Shown here: positions 1 through 12,047 of the stretch, piece by piece | How the letters are laid out: each line of letters opens with the position of its first letter | How positions within the stretch are numbered: the stretch's first letter is position 1 | Source of the DNA: Monocercomonoides exilis PA203 | Taxonomy: Eukaryota > Protista > Preaxostyla | Assembly: GCA_001643675.2 (NCBI GenBank) | Contig: LSRY02000018.1 | Span: 1,533,599-1,597,598 of the forward strand | Direction of reading: 5' to 3' | Length of the DNA stretch: 64,000 bases | Notes under the pieces: generated by a model | The model's input: the letters and a program-made list of their open reading frames with translations, nothing else | The model's database searches: none | What the model was told of the DNA's origin: nothing | Position numbers and translations under genes: made by a program

Positions 1-241
1 TTCCTGAAGCAACTTCTTTTTCTAGTTTTTTTCTTGCTTGCTTCCCTTTCCAATTCGGCTTGATTCCGTTGGAAATTATTCTCTTCACTGGCATATCTAT
101 CCATGCCCGGAGGAAGAATCTCGTTCTTCCTCCGATGACACCCTCTGGTTTTACTACTGGGAGGACTTTCTCCCCACAGAGCGGCTTCTGAACCTGCTTG
201 TGCTCTTGTTTCTTCTTCGATTCCATCCGCTTCCTCGCCAT
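1..241 (-). CDS. N-terminus of DIRS pol (RT/RNase H) ORF, partial
   Basis: Manual translation from ATG 241: MARKRMESKKKQEHKQVQKPLCGEKVLPVVKPEGVIGGRTRFFLRAWIDMPVKRIISNGIKPNWKGKQARKKLEKEVASG, open to the edge. It matches the 'GGRL..F...W...I..G....F/W' motif that precedes DIRS RT. Not in the ORF track. Confidence 0.65.
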   Translation of the reverse strand, partial: MARKRMESKKKQEHKQVQKPLCGEKVLPVVKPEGVIGGRTRFFLRAWIDMPVKRIISNGIKPNWKGKQARKKLEKEVASG

Positions 242-1032
242 TTGTTGGGTTTTGCATAGTTCTCCCCCCGAAAAAACTGCCTTCTCTGCGAGATTCTCCC
301 ACGCGAACGGCCTCCGATGCTGCTCCTGTATGTGGATATCGGCTGTGCTCGTTTAATAACTTCTTTTTGGTAATCTGTAAGCAAGGGATCATCCATTTCC
401 TCTCTTAATGCCTTCGCTGCAGCGAAACCCTGCCGTCCTGCCACTCTCGTTATTCTGCTTTCCTGTAATGCTGCCGTTACCAGAGTGAGCGCATCTTCGA
501 TTTGTGTCTTTGCTTCTCCGTGTACTGCGCCTCTCACCAATAGAAGGGCCTTAATGGTAGGGCAGAGCTTCTTTTCAATTCGTTCCCCTGCTTGATCCAG
601 GGCATCCGACGCCCTCTTTATCGTGAACTCGGGTTTGCGAATTGACGAAGGCATGAACGGAGCCAGGGGAATGGAATTATAGAATTCGATCGTTTCTGCT
701 ACATCCCTCTTGTCTATTGGGATGTCAAAAATTTTATAAGATAAGACGCTGCCAAAGAAATCTGCCGCCTCTCGTTCTAGGATAACTTGCATTCTATCCT
801 CTGGGTCGCTGTCACTTTCTTCACCTTGGGATTGTGAAGACTGCGGAATCGTTGAAAAAGGTTCCGGTTGAGTTATTTGCGAATTGAAACTAGGAGGAAG
901 AAGTAAATTTTCCTGTGACGCAGCAGAAGCACTGGAGGGGGATGTAAAGATTGCCCCACCACTCGTTGGCCCGGCGGCCTGAATTCCAGGCATCGCTCCC
1001 GACGCGAGTCCAATTGTGCTTTGCGGGATCAT
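154..1032 (-). CDS. Gag-like ORF1 of the DIRS-type element
   Basis: ATG at 1032 (MIPQST...). Disordered N-terminus, helical middle and basic RG-rich C-terminus (GGRSRGRISQRRQFFRG...). Ends TAG TAA and overlaps the pol frame. Confidence 0.65.
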   Translation of the reverse strand: MIPQSTIGLASGAMPGIQAAGPTSGGAIFTSPSSASAASQENLLLPPSFNSQITQPEPFSTIPQSSQSQGEESDSDPEDRMQVILEREAADFFGSVLSYKIFDIPIDKRDVAETIEFYNSIPLAPFMPSSIRKPEFTIKRASDALDQAGERIEKKLCPTIKALLLVRGAVHGEAKTQIEDALTLVTAALQESRITRVAGRQGFAAAKALREEMDDPLLTDYQKEVIKRAQPISTYRSSIGGRSRGRISQRRQFFRGENYAKPNKWRGSGWNRRRNKSTSRFRSRSVGRKSSQ

Positions 1033-1455
1033 TAAATAAAAATATTTTTGATCGACTAGCCCCGTTATTACAAGGGTCCACTCCCATAACAAGAGGTGTT
1101 GTAGATTAACCGGTCGTTCTTTAGAATTAATAGGCTTGCGCCTTTTAATGATTTATATTTTTTTTGTGAAAATTGACAAATAAAATAAATTTGTCTTTAA
1201 TAAAAACACTTTTGATGTGCAAAAATCACAACTTTTTTTTAAATTTTGAATATTTTTCAATGAAATTCATGTTTTTATGGGTCATTTTTCAACAATCATT
1301 TTTTTCAAAAAAAATTTTTTTTCGAAACATCGGTCCATAAAAAGTTTCTAAATAATTATGAACTATTTATTCATCATAATTTTAACATTCAAAAACTCAA
1401 TTTGCAAAAGGAGCGCGTTAAGACCTATGCCCGCATACTCGAACACCAGAAGCAC

Positions 1456-2404
1456 TACACCATTTATTATTCATATTTGGTAAACTTATTATTCAAAATT
1501 GGTCAACTTATTATTCGATTTTGGTAAACTAATTATTCAAAGTTGTTAAACTTATTATTCAAAATTTGTAAACTTCTTATTCAAAATTAATAAAATTGAG
1601 TATTTTTTTAAAAAAGTTTTTTTGTGAAAAATTGGTTTTTGGCTGAGTATCAGAAAATGTTGAAAATATTATATTCACTCAATATTCGAAATATTGATGA
1701 GAATTTGAACCCAGATTTTTATTATTTGTGAATAAACATGAAATTTTCTGATTTTTCAGAAAAAAATCATCATCGTGGAAATAGGATAATTTTTGAATTA
1801 TTTCACCTCACATCGATAAATAATGCATTATTCAACCAAGAAAAGTTGTTTGTATCAATGATACAAACTGAATACAAATATTTTTCAGAACTGAATAATT
1901 CCACGAATGCACTTTCTGAATTCTTTATTTGGTTTTTATTGTTTATCTGAATAAACTTAAATTTATGTAACTTTTCTTGGTTGAATAATGCATTATTTAT
2001 CGATGTGAGGTGAAATAATTCAAAAATTATCCTATTTCCACGATGATGATTTTTTTCTGAAAAATCAGAAAATTTCATGTTTATTCACAAATAATAAAAA
2101 TCTGGGTTCAAATTCTCATCAATATTTCGAATATTGAGTGAATATAATATTTTCAACATTTTCTGATACTCAGCCAAAAACCAATTTTTCACAAAAAAAC
2201 TTTTTTAAAAAAATACTCAATTTTATTAATTTTGAATAAGAAGTTTACAAATTTTGAATAATAAGTTTAACAACTTTGAATAATTAGTTTACCAAAATCG
2301 AATAATTAGTTTATTATTTTTGAATAATTAATTGACCAATTTTGAATAATAAGTTGAACAATTTCGAATAATAAGTTTACCAAATATGAAAAATAAATGG
2401 TGTA
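1456..2404. repeat. Long foldback inverted repeat: perfect arms 1510-1847 and 1969-2306, 121-bp spacer, outer arms built of a 22-bp tandem unit
   Basis: Paired positions sum to 3816 (1738/2078, 1847/1969, 1510/2306). The ORF track gives identical N-termini on opposite strands. The 22-bp unit (about ATTCAAAATTGGTAAACTTATT) occurs about 6 times on the left and about 8 on the right. Confidence 0.9.
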
Positions 2405-2846
2405 AATGGTGTATTGAAACAAATTTATTTGGGGGAAAATTCGGACTTTCAAGCTTTTTTTGCACAAGGCATTGAAAAATTGCTTCATTCTTAACTTTGT
2501 TTCGCTTTCTTAGATTTCAAAACAAATTTGATTTTCAGATCCGTGAACAGGCATTGTTGAAATCAAAACAAAAAGTTTTCCAACATTTCACGAATGTCAA
2601 AAAATGGACCCATTTTTATTGCGATTTTTGATCTCAAAAAGTCAATGAAAAGTGCATAATTTTTTAATGAAAATGCCTGAAGTGAAATATTTTGCCCCAT
2701 TTGAAAAATTAAAACAAAAAATTTTATTATAGATTCGTAAAACAATTCCAAAATGGTTCATTAAAACTTTCTTCTTTGAAAAATGCATATGTTTTTTAAA
2801 AACTTAAATTTTCTTTTGTTTTTTTCATTACCATTTTTAAATATAT

Positions 2847-3102
2847 GGGTGATTATTTTTGAAATCATAACTTTTTTCGTGGTGTTGATTTTTCAAAGGT
2901 TGATTGTCATTGAATAGAGATTTAGTATTTTATTGATAAATTTCATGAAAACCATTTCAAAAGCAAATGTTTGAACAGAACTAAAGATGAAAATATCTTT
3001 AACAAGCATTTTCACTTTTCACTATTCTTTTGTTAAAATTCAAGTGGGATTTTCGAATCGAAGTTTTTGAATGAAAAAATCTGATGCCAAAAATAGTCAC
3101 CC
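2847..3102. mobile_element. MITE-like element (256 bp), GGGTGA termini, 4-bp ATAT flanking duplication
   Basis: Left atat|GGGTGATTATTTTTG; right CAAAAATAGTCACCC|atat. Imperfect TIR of about 30 bp. Confidence 0.55.
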
Positions 3103-3474
3103 ATATTCTGTTTTTCAAAGAACCTATTTCGGAATATACCCACAGATTTTCATTTTTTCAAATTTTTCTTAATTTTTGAGAGGTTGTTTTTCTCGCATAA
3201 AATTTATTTTGTTTGAATTAAATTAAATACATTTTTAAACATGTTAGATGCAAAAAAACAAGAGTTTGCGTTGTCCTATTTAACGCGATTGTGCCTACAG
3301 TTCTCCTCGTTCAATGAAGAAACATATTGTCTATCATTGTTGCAATTTGATAATTATCATCAAAGTTTTTTCAAAAAAAATTCTACATAAGATCATTAAT
3401 TATTGTGATTGATATTTGTTTGATTACTCGTGGTATTAGAAAGGGAAATAGACTGCAATAGGCTTACGAATTCG

Positions 3475-6400
3475 ATGGAAAGTGAAATTCCAATTGGATA
3501 TGTTCAATCTGAAGGGCTCAGCAAACACGAAATTATGAGTTTTTCAATTTTTTTTACTCTTTTCAATCAACCGAAGCATCCGAGTAAGAAATGGGAAATT
3601 TTTATGTGGACAGTAACAATGCTTCAAATGGTTACGATTAGTTTCTTTCGAATCGACACCTCGACGCAAGAAGTGAATAGAATTTCAAAGGTTTGCCAGT
3701 TTTATTTTTTATTTATCGAATAAAAAATAAAATTTTCCTTTTCTGTGTTTTGTAAAATGCTGCTCACCTTATATATATATATATAAATTTTGCTTGACTC
3801 AAACTTCACCAGTACTTATGCTATCTTGATGGATCATCCCTTGGATATCTTGCTGGGACATCAATTTCGTTTGTGTTGATGGGATGTGCAGCATATTTTG
3901 TTTTGCTTACTGCGTACTTGGTTGCGGTGGCAGCGTTTCAAGGCGTTATTTCTGGTTCACAGCCATGGGTAATTTCACTGCTGCGTTGGACTGTGAATGT
4001 TACATATACGATCTTGTTTATCCCATTGACTTCGATATGCATAACTATATTTGATTGCTATGAATCAGGAGGGCAAACGATTCATCGGGGATTTGAAGGA
4101 AGTTGCTTCGGAGATTTGCTATTGATTTTTAGATTTGTGATATCAATAGTTGTTCTGAGCTTAATGTTGATATCTTCAATTTTTATAAACAACATGATTT
4201 TCAACCACAATCCGAAGCATGGTGGGCTATGGTCATCGCCAAGTGGGCTGTGGCAAGCAGTGGATTCATCTCTTGTGTTTGGATGTGTGTTTGCGATGAG
4301 AATGCTGTATGGGTGGCCGTTCTGGCGAGGAGCTGTGACGATTGGATCTTCTCTGGTGATGATGGTGTATTTTGTGTATATTCAGCCGATATACAAACTT
4401 AATGGAAATCTGCTGATGGGCAGTAAATGGTGCTTATTTGGGTGCTTGAGACTTATTGACGAAATTCTTTATGCAATTGAAGGTGCAACAGGCAACTGGA
4501 TAATTACTATTGTGCTTCAAGTTGTTGGACTAATAGCTGGAATTGTTGCTTGTGCAGTGCTGTTGCCTAAGATTGGCCGAAAGATGAGAGAGAAAAAGTA
4601 TCTTTTAACAGCTTTTGGCAACCAATTGTCAGATATTTGCACGAAAAATCCTTCTTTGGCTCTGCCTCCTCTGAAGAAGCCAGAAAGAGTGGAGCCATCA
4701 CTTCGCTTTATACAACAGAAAGAATACAATTCGATGATTCATTTGACATTTGCGGATTACGTGTACACACACGCACTAAAGACTAACCCGAACAACAGCA
4801 TGCTGTGCTTCCAATATGCGACGTTTTTGGCCGCCTACCGTAAAAACTACATGAAGGCGAATGGGCTCATCCAGAAGGCACGGTCGCTTTCTCCGAACCT
4901 GTTTCTGAGGTTTGTGCTCTTCTGCAAGACGAAAGAGAACGATGGAAGGGCAAACGGAGAAAACGCGAGAAATGGAAGAAGCGGTTTGAATTCGTATGCC
5001 TTTACGACTCTGAGAGCAAAAGCGGAGAAGCACCATGAGCTGGCTGTGAGTGCGATGAAGGATTTTTTCGAGAATGCAACAGCGGTCCAGCCGGATTTCA
5101 AGGCGATTCCTGTTCTTCTGAATTCTGTTGTTAAGAACGAAGAAATTGCACGAAAGAGCTACGAAGAGCTGATTGAATCGCATGAGCAGAGTGCGGAAGT
5201 GCTGCGGAGCTATGCGCGCCTTCTTTTGGATATCTACGACGACGAAGACGAGGCAGAGATGATTCTGAACAGAGCAGACAGCATCGAGGAAGACTCAACC
5301 AGCTCTTACGAGTCTTCAATTCACACACACGCAGCAGAGATTTATGACGCTTCGCTTGGTGCTGGAGAGAAGGACAAGGCAGATGATAGGATGAAAAGGG
5401 GAAATGAAAGAATAAGTTGCGGTGGAGATGGCAGTACTAAACGTGAATTGGGCGATGCTCATTCAGAAAGGACTGAAAGCTTTGGAGTGTCTATGAGATA
5501 TGAAGAGAAAGATGGGAGAGAACAGAGAGGAGCAGAAGGAAGGTTTGAAACCAGCCCATCTTCTTATGAGCTGCTGAATTATGACTCGGAGCAAGTTGCG
5601 TTGGCAAGCAATGAGATGCAGTTACACCAGTCGTCCAGTTACATCAAGAGGCATCAAAAGTCGAATAAAAAGAAGAGAAAGAAGAAGAAGAAGAAGAAGA
5701 ACGAGATGATTGTCGATCTTATGTCAGGCGGCCGCGGCAAAAACGGAGATGATAGCGATTCAATGAATACAATGAGGTGCTCTGCGATTCTTCTCCATTT
5801 GACGTGTATAATTGCGCTTGTTGTTGCAATTGCTGCGTACATCACGATGACTACGACGTATAAGAGCGATTTGGACACGCTGCGTGCGGTGTGCGACTTG
5901 TCGTATCACACTGCCCGTTCTGCATGCATCAGCTACAACTTCTTTGTGTACGACATCCGGTTCAAATTTGAGGATCCGGCTATTTTGGACGAGTGGACGC
6001 CGACGATGGTGCGGAAGAAGGAGCTGCTGACGATGCTGCAGGAGACATCAGAGAACATGGCGTCGATGCTGGGGAGGGTGCACGGCTCGACCTCAAACTT
6101 GGATCCATGGGAGGCAGCGAACATCGACACGTACATGTTCATATTCTCCACGAAGAACGAGACACAGCCAGATGGCAGCGTAGAGGAGGTGGTGGGCACG
6201 AAGAAGCAGATTCTGCAGCCTTCGTCAATGTTGGAGGTGCTGGCCACACTGTCGCAGATGCTGCGCCATCTTTCCGTTTCAGACATGTCTTCTCGCCCGA
6301 AGGACCCAAATTATCTGGCAGACATGCAGTATTTGGTGTTCAACTGCCCTGTCCCGATTTTAGACGGAGCAAAAAAGGTTATTTTATCCTATTTTGAGCG

Positions 6401-9185
6401 AATGAATTCAGTCTGCGACAAAATTATTATCGTTTTTATTCTCTTCATCACATTGTTCCTTGTGCCTCTGACGATTGTACAGCTTGTGATATTCATTGTG
6501 TTCACCAAAAAATCAGTGAAGGTTCGGATGAGGGCGTATCATGCAATGTTGGATGTGCCGAAGAACAAAATGCAAAGTGTTGTTCGTCGCCTTCTTTCAG
6601 ACGACGAAGATGCAGTTGATGACTTTCAAATCGAAGCTGCGTTGAATGGGAATCAAAATGAGAAGGAGCCAGAAAGCAGCTCCAGTGAAAAGCATGAGCA
6701 ATTTGAAGATGATGAAGCACAGCTTATTGATGAAAGCACAGATGAAAGCGAGCCAAGTTCTCTTCCAAAGAAAAACATGCGGAATATTATTGGCAGTGGA
6801 AGACAGATCGAAGAGAAACAGACAGACAGCAAGGCCAATTCTCCATCTGTTAGAAAGACATTGCAAATTCTTGACCAATCTGATATGGAGCTTGATCCCG
6901 AAAGATCGAGTTACCTGCTGCTTTCTAGTGCTAATCGTTCGATGGATTCGATTACTGGCACTCCTTTTTCGCGGGCCACTCCGAAATCACTTCTTGGAGA
7001 ACTGACTGCATCAACATCTTCGACTCCTGTGTACCAATTTCAAACACCCAGAATCGATGAAGAGAATACAAGTACACAAACAACTGAACAGAATTCAAGA
7101 AGCTGTAGATCTTCTCCTTCAATGCCACAAGTGCCAATTTCTGCTTTTTGCGCTCCAAAACCTGAAGTTTCTGGAAATGATGTGTTTAATACAGACATGG
7201 TTGAAAGCGCTTCCAAAGATATCGCTAAAAACAAGAGTTTAAAAGAAGATAATGGAGCGAATGGCAATAAGAAAGTAACAACAGAAAGTGCTTTTAAAGA
7301 GCAGTTGTCTCCGGTGTGCTATGGGAATGCAAATAATGGAATTCAGACTAGTCAACAGCAGAACATCAGTCAAAGAATTCCTCTTGCCAATCCTGTTCCA
7401 TCAATGTCCTTTCTGCCTGTTCTTCTTACTGGAATTGAACACAATCCGCATCGCAATCTGACAGCAGCAAGCTTAGCGTCTGCGCAAACATCGATTTCTG
7501 AGCATGATTCAGAATTAGAATTTGGCGTAGTGTCAATGCCACCCTCTGTCGCTTCCTCAAATCCATTCATGCAGAACAACCTATCGCCGTGCTGGCAGAA
7601 TGATCTGCCTTTGCAAATGGATCATTTTTCTCCGATTCCACCAGTTGGAGCAATTTACGCAAAAACCGACCAAAATTCATTGGGTCAGGGCGAGCCGCAT
7701 GTTCAAACGCAGCCGCCTCAACAAAATGGAGCTATTGAAGCGAAATTCACTTTGGATGATGAAGATTCCGAGGAAGCAGAAAAAAACAAGCAAGCGGGAT
7801 TGATAAGAAATGCTGTTGAAGACACATTTTGGGAAGAAGGAATGGAAAAAGAGGTTGAAAAATTAGAAGCAACTTACAAACAGCTGCCAACTCCTATCAC
7901 CATTAAAATCGTCGTTACGTGTATTCTTTCTCTGACACTTGGCATCGTCACAATCGTAACCACAGTTGCCCTGGTGCTGTTTTATGTGGGCAATTACAGG
8001 CCAACCTCTGCCAACATCATCATGTCAGGGATGCGTGCATCAATTCTGTTCCAGATCCAGTTTTTGCTGTCAACAATACTACAGCCGATACAAATGATTA
8101 AAACAGACCAGTCTGTAACATTTCCTACGTCCAGCAATCCAGTCATGCACAACTCTTCTCATTGCTCAGGTTCTCCAGTTGTTGCACGCGATATGCTTGT
8201 TCCAATGTCCAAGTATTTTGAAGCGGTGCATCTTGACTGTCATTTTGGAGACTCAGATTACACACACACGAATGATTACACATACGACTCAGTGTCTGTG
8301 AAGCGGATGAACACTGCTGTCAACCACCAATTGCTTCTGCAGAAGGCTGATTGCTTTCTTGCAGATTCGGATGACTGCTCGCAAGTGGATGAGTATCGGA
8401 TGTACGGAGTGAAAGGAACGATTTATGGACTTACGACGCTATTGTCTCGGCTGAGGGTGAATCTGGAGAGGATTTCAAAGATGGATGTCAGCGACATCAA
8501 TTTGTTTAATCCTGAAGCACGGTTTGTGATGACTGCATTGAGAAGTGACATAACGGCGGGCTTGAACAAGATGACAAACATGATTTTGGCAACAGGAAAA
8601 GAAGAAGTACAAGAGTCCATTACAACTTTGACTGTTGTTGTTGCTTCTTTTTGCTTTCTGTATTTTATTAGTATGTTCGGAAACGGACTGACATATATAA
8701 AGGAAATTGAGTTTATAGAAACTGTATCAAAGAAGTTGTTTGAGCTGCTGCCTGTCAAAGAAGATGAGAGAGAGATTGAAATGGTGCCTTCGATGATGAC
8801 AGGAAACGATTCCTTTGACAAAGGAAGAGAAGCCATTCTTGATGCTGCCCAGCAACTTCTCACTTCAATTAACCAGAATGATGATTTTGAAACTGTGGTG
8901 TCAGCATTCTATCAGCTTTCATCAACGGCATTGGCAATATTCAACGAAGAGGAAAAAGAAATGGCTGTGAAGAATTATCCTGGAATTGAAAAGCACAAGA
9001 AAGAACATATGCTGTTGAGGCAGAGGTTGACGTTGATCGGAGACCAGCTTCACTCAAAGAACGATGCGGCGAAAGCTATCGGAAAGAGAAAGCTAATTTC
9101 ACTGTTTGATGTACACTTTACTGATGAAGACATTACCTTTGCAGAAGCTGTTTTTGAATTGAATATATGTGATCAGAAGCAGTAA
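3475..9185 (+). CDS. TmcB/TmcC-like multi-pass membrane signalling protein with C-terminal hemerythrin-like domain (exons 3475-3690, 3813-9185)
   Basis: A GT-AG intron at 3691-3812 joins the frames (SK|YLCYLDG). About 9-10 N-terminal TM helices, a TPR-like Tmc region (VLRSYARLLLDIYDDEDEAEMIL), further paired TM segments, and C-terminal EEEKEM...YP...HKKEH...HFTDED. Confidence 0.8.
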
Positions 9186-10095
9186 GAAATGTGAAAGAAG
9201 TAATAAACAAATGAGTCAATCACAACATATTTGGTCTGTATGTATCGTATATATTCTTTGTTTATGTATTGTGCACACACAAAGATATTCATATGCCTAT
9301 TGGAAGCATATTTATTTGATTCAGTTTTTATAAATAATTCCTTTTTTATTTTCAATTTTTCTAGAATATATGTACATTCATCATTTTCTCAAATATTTGA
9401 GAAAGAAACTATTTTTTGCGAAGTCTTATCTAATTTTTATGTATCATCTTGATTGTTGATTTGCATTACTTTTTATTTTTTTTACAAAAATAGTTGAATA
9501 ATCAACATATCATCCATGCAATTTATTATTTTTATTTTATTTTATTTTATTTTATTTTATTTTAAATTTGTTTGTTTGTTTGTTTATTTATTTTTAATGT
9601 TAAGTATTTAATCAATGTCTTCTTTATATTTATTCAAAATAGGATTGTATTCATTTTTTCCCCTTTTATTTTGATTTCAAACAAATTTATATAGTTGTAC
9701 ATATAATCTATGCTCTTTCTTATTTCGATTTTTACAAGTCTTTTTTTAAAATTGTCAACTGAATTTTACTTGTTTCGATTTCCAAACGAATTTCTTTCTT
9801 TCTCTTTTTTTCGTTTTATTTATGAAATGTATTGTTTTCTGTTTCTTTTCTTTTTTTGGAAAGTCCTCTTTATTCTTAAGTTCTTAATTTATTTTTGTTG
9901 AGTTTTATTTACTAAAGTCGTGATCTTCAGAATTAAAATGATTTTCATCGCCTTTTTAAAAACATTTTTGTGAAATTGTAGTATTTTAATTTTCAAAATT
10001 GTATATTTTTGTTATAAACCAACTTTTTTGAAATTCCTTGAAATGCACTAAAAAAATCTATTTAGAATATTTACTGATATTTTTACCTTTTTTTT

Positions 10096-10200
10096 ATTTT
10101 ATTTTATTTTATTTTATTTTATTTTATTTTATTTTATTTTATTTTATTTTATTTTATTTTATTTTATTTTATTTTATTTTATTTTATTTTATTTGTTTTG

Positions 10201-10230
<30 letters not shown>
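10096..10230. repeat. Pentanucleotide microsatellite (ATTTT)n switching to (GTTTT)n
   Basis: Directly visible. A shorter ATTTT run lies at about 9522-9563. Confidence 0.95.
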
Positions 10231-10231
<1 letters not shown>

Positions 10232-10697
10232 GTAATTTTAATTTTAATTTTTTTTAATTTGTTCAGTTTGGTGGCATTTCTTGGAGGAGTGAAAGAGATT
10301 GGATCAATTTTCATTCTATCTTTTACAAAATTTAAATATTCAAAAAAAGATGGTTTCTGAGAAAAAAAATATTCTTTTTTAAGCAGTTGATGTTTTGTAA
10401 GGCTTTCAAGTCATCAACATTCAAGATACGGAAATTAAAATGAAATAAACTCATTCAGTTCAATGCCATTTCAAATCAGAATTCAATTGGGAATAAAACA
10501 AATAACAGTTGCAAGGATAACAAAAAAACTATTTTCGTTCATTCATTTCATCCATAAAATCCATAAAAATTCAAATGAAATTATCTTTATTATGTATTGA
10601 TGAGGACACATTTATAATTTTCAACATTTTTTTAGAAATAATTCCACAAAAAATGATAACATAAAAAATGGATAGAATTGATCAAGAAAATAAAAGA

Positions 10698-11156
10698 ATG
10701 CCTTCAAGACTTCACGTTCCTGGAAAAATTTTAGGATTCAGACGGTTATATTTTTCTTTTGTTTTTTGGAGTTAGCCACGCATTTTTGCAATCTTTTTAT
10801 TGATTTGTTAGAGGAAAACATACACAACATCCAAACATCTCTCTTCTCGAGGTTCAAGGATGCACATCAACTCATGGCGCTCGATATTATCTTGGAAAGA
10901 CAGTATATTACATTTATAAAGTGAAAAAGGTTTGACTTCAAAATATTTATTTTCAAAAGAAGTAATTTACGTGTCTTCTTTTATTCTCATGATATTTGTT
11001 CAGTGCAAATCAAACAAAAAGGGAATTAAAGTCATTAGAGGGAAAGTCGTGAAAACTCACGGAAACAGTGGTGTTGTTCGTGCTCGCTTCACACACAACA
11101 TTCCACCAAAAGCTTTTGGCGCATCTGTGAGAGTGATGCTTTATCCCCAGCATTAA
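10698..11156 (+). CDS. RPL35A: 60S ribosomal protein L35a (eL33); exons 10698-10744, 10812-10929, 11004-11156 (alternative in-frame ATG at 10668)
   Basis: Spliced translation [32 protein letters not shown]...YYLGK...[19 protein letters not shown]...VRVMLYP; two GT-AG introns. Confidence 0.95.
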
Positions 11157-11462
11157 AATATGTTTCAGAAAAAATGTTATATCTTTTGATTCTATTTTCA
11201 CTTCTTCATAACAAACCAGGGAATGTGGATTTTGTGAATCATCTCATGTAAAGTTTTTTTTTTCCTTTTCGACATAAAAATGAAACATCGAATGGATAAT
11301 AGCATTTTCTTCTCAATTCACAATCATCTTAACTATTAAAACTTTATCAAAAGCGTAGTCGCAAAATAAGATGATTACAACTTGATATGGGAATAAAGAT
11401 ATTCACAGAAAAAGACAAGAAAATATCTTTTAAAAATATAATGACACAAAAAACTGGTATGT

Positions 11463-11814
11463 TCATTCGCCTGCCATCATTTGCTCGTAATCTGTCAAAT
11501 CAGATTCACGTTGTTTTGCATATAGCATCACTTTATATTGTAAATCAGATTGTTGGAAAAAATCACAAATAAAGCGCAAAATATCAGCTTTCGTAGCTGG
11601 TTTCTTCACAACTAATTCTTGGAATAAGCATCGTATGAGATCAGATAATTCCGGATGACTCCTAAAAATAAATAAATTCAGAAAGAATTGTTAAGCGATT
11701 AAATGATAATTCAACGTACCTTAAATAAATCTCTCTTTCTATCTTGTAGTCGATTTTTTCTTCTGACAAAATATCTTGCTGCTCAGATGATAGTATTTTT
11801 TGTGGTTGAGACAT
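11463..11814 (-). CDS. RIIa (dimerisation/docking) domain protein, RIIAD1-like, 97 aa; exons 11814-11720, 11661-11463
   Basis: Spliced translation MSQPQKILSSEQQDILSEEKIDYKIEREIYLRSHPELSDLIRCLFQELVVKKPATKADILRFICDFFQQ... fits the RIIAD1 pattern (YLR.H.E...LI..F..E....P..I..F..D.F). 58-nt GT-AG intron. Missed by the ORF track. Confidence 0.75.
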
Positions 11815-12047
11815 GAATCAAACGTTTTGAGGAATTAAATTCTATTATATTTTTCATGATCCAAAATGTAACACATAATACTTTGGGCGAAAGGCGCTTT
11901 ATTGAGTTTTGTTCTCTGATTGTGTTTGTATGTTTTTTCTCATAATTTTTGCTTTATATATTTCCTTGAATTTTTATTTCTATTACACTTCATGTTCAAC
12001 TGATAATTGCGATTTATGATTCTTTGCTTTGTATCAGAACCTCAAAG

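Larger units (their letters stand above)
1..1150 (-). mobile_element. 5' part of a DIRS-type (tyrosine-recombinase) retrotransposon, running off the left edge of the window
   Basis: GC-richer segment with a gag-like ORF ending in an Arg/Gly-rich tail. It is overlapped by a second frame with the DIRS pol N-terminal signature (IGGRTRFFLRAW...IISNGIKPNW) and a third open frame. The outer boundary is approximate, taken from the composition shift near 1140-1150. Confidence 0.7.

Noticed and set aside
1466-1590. 22-bp repeats as a CRISPR array
   Set aside because: The units are tandem with no unique spacers, there are no cas genes, and the context is eukaryotic.
1738-2078. Two ORFs with identical N-termini on opposite strands
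   Set aside because: They are a by-product of the inverted repeat; the sequence is AT-rich with no coding signal.
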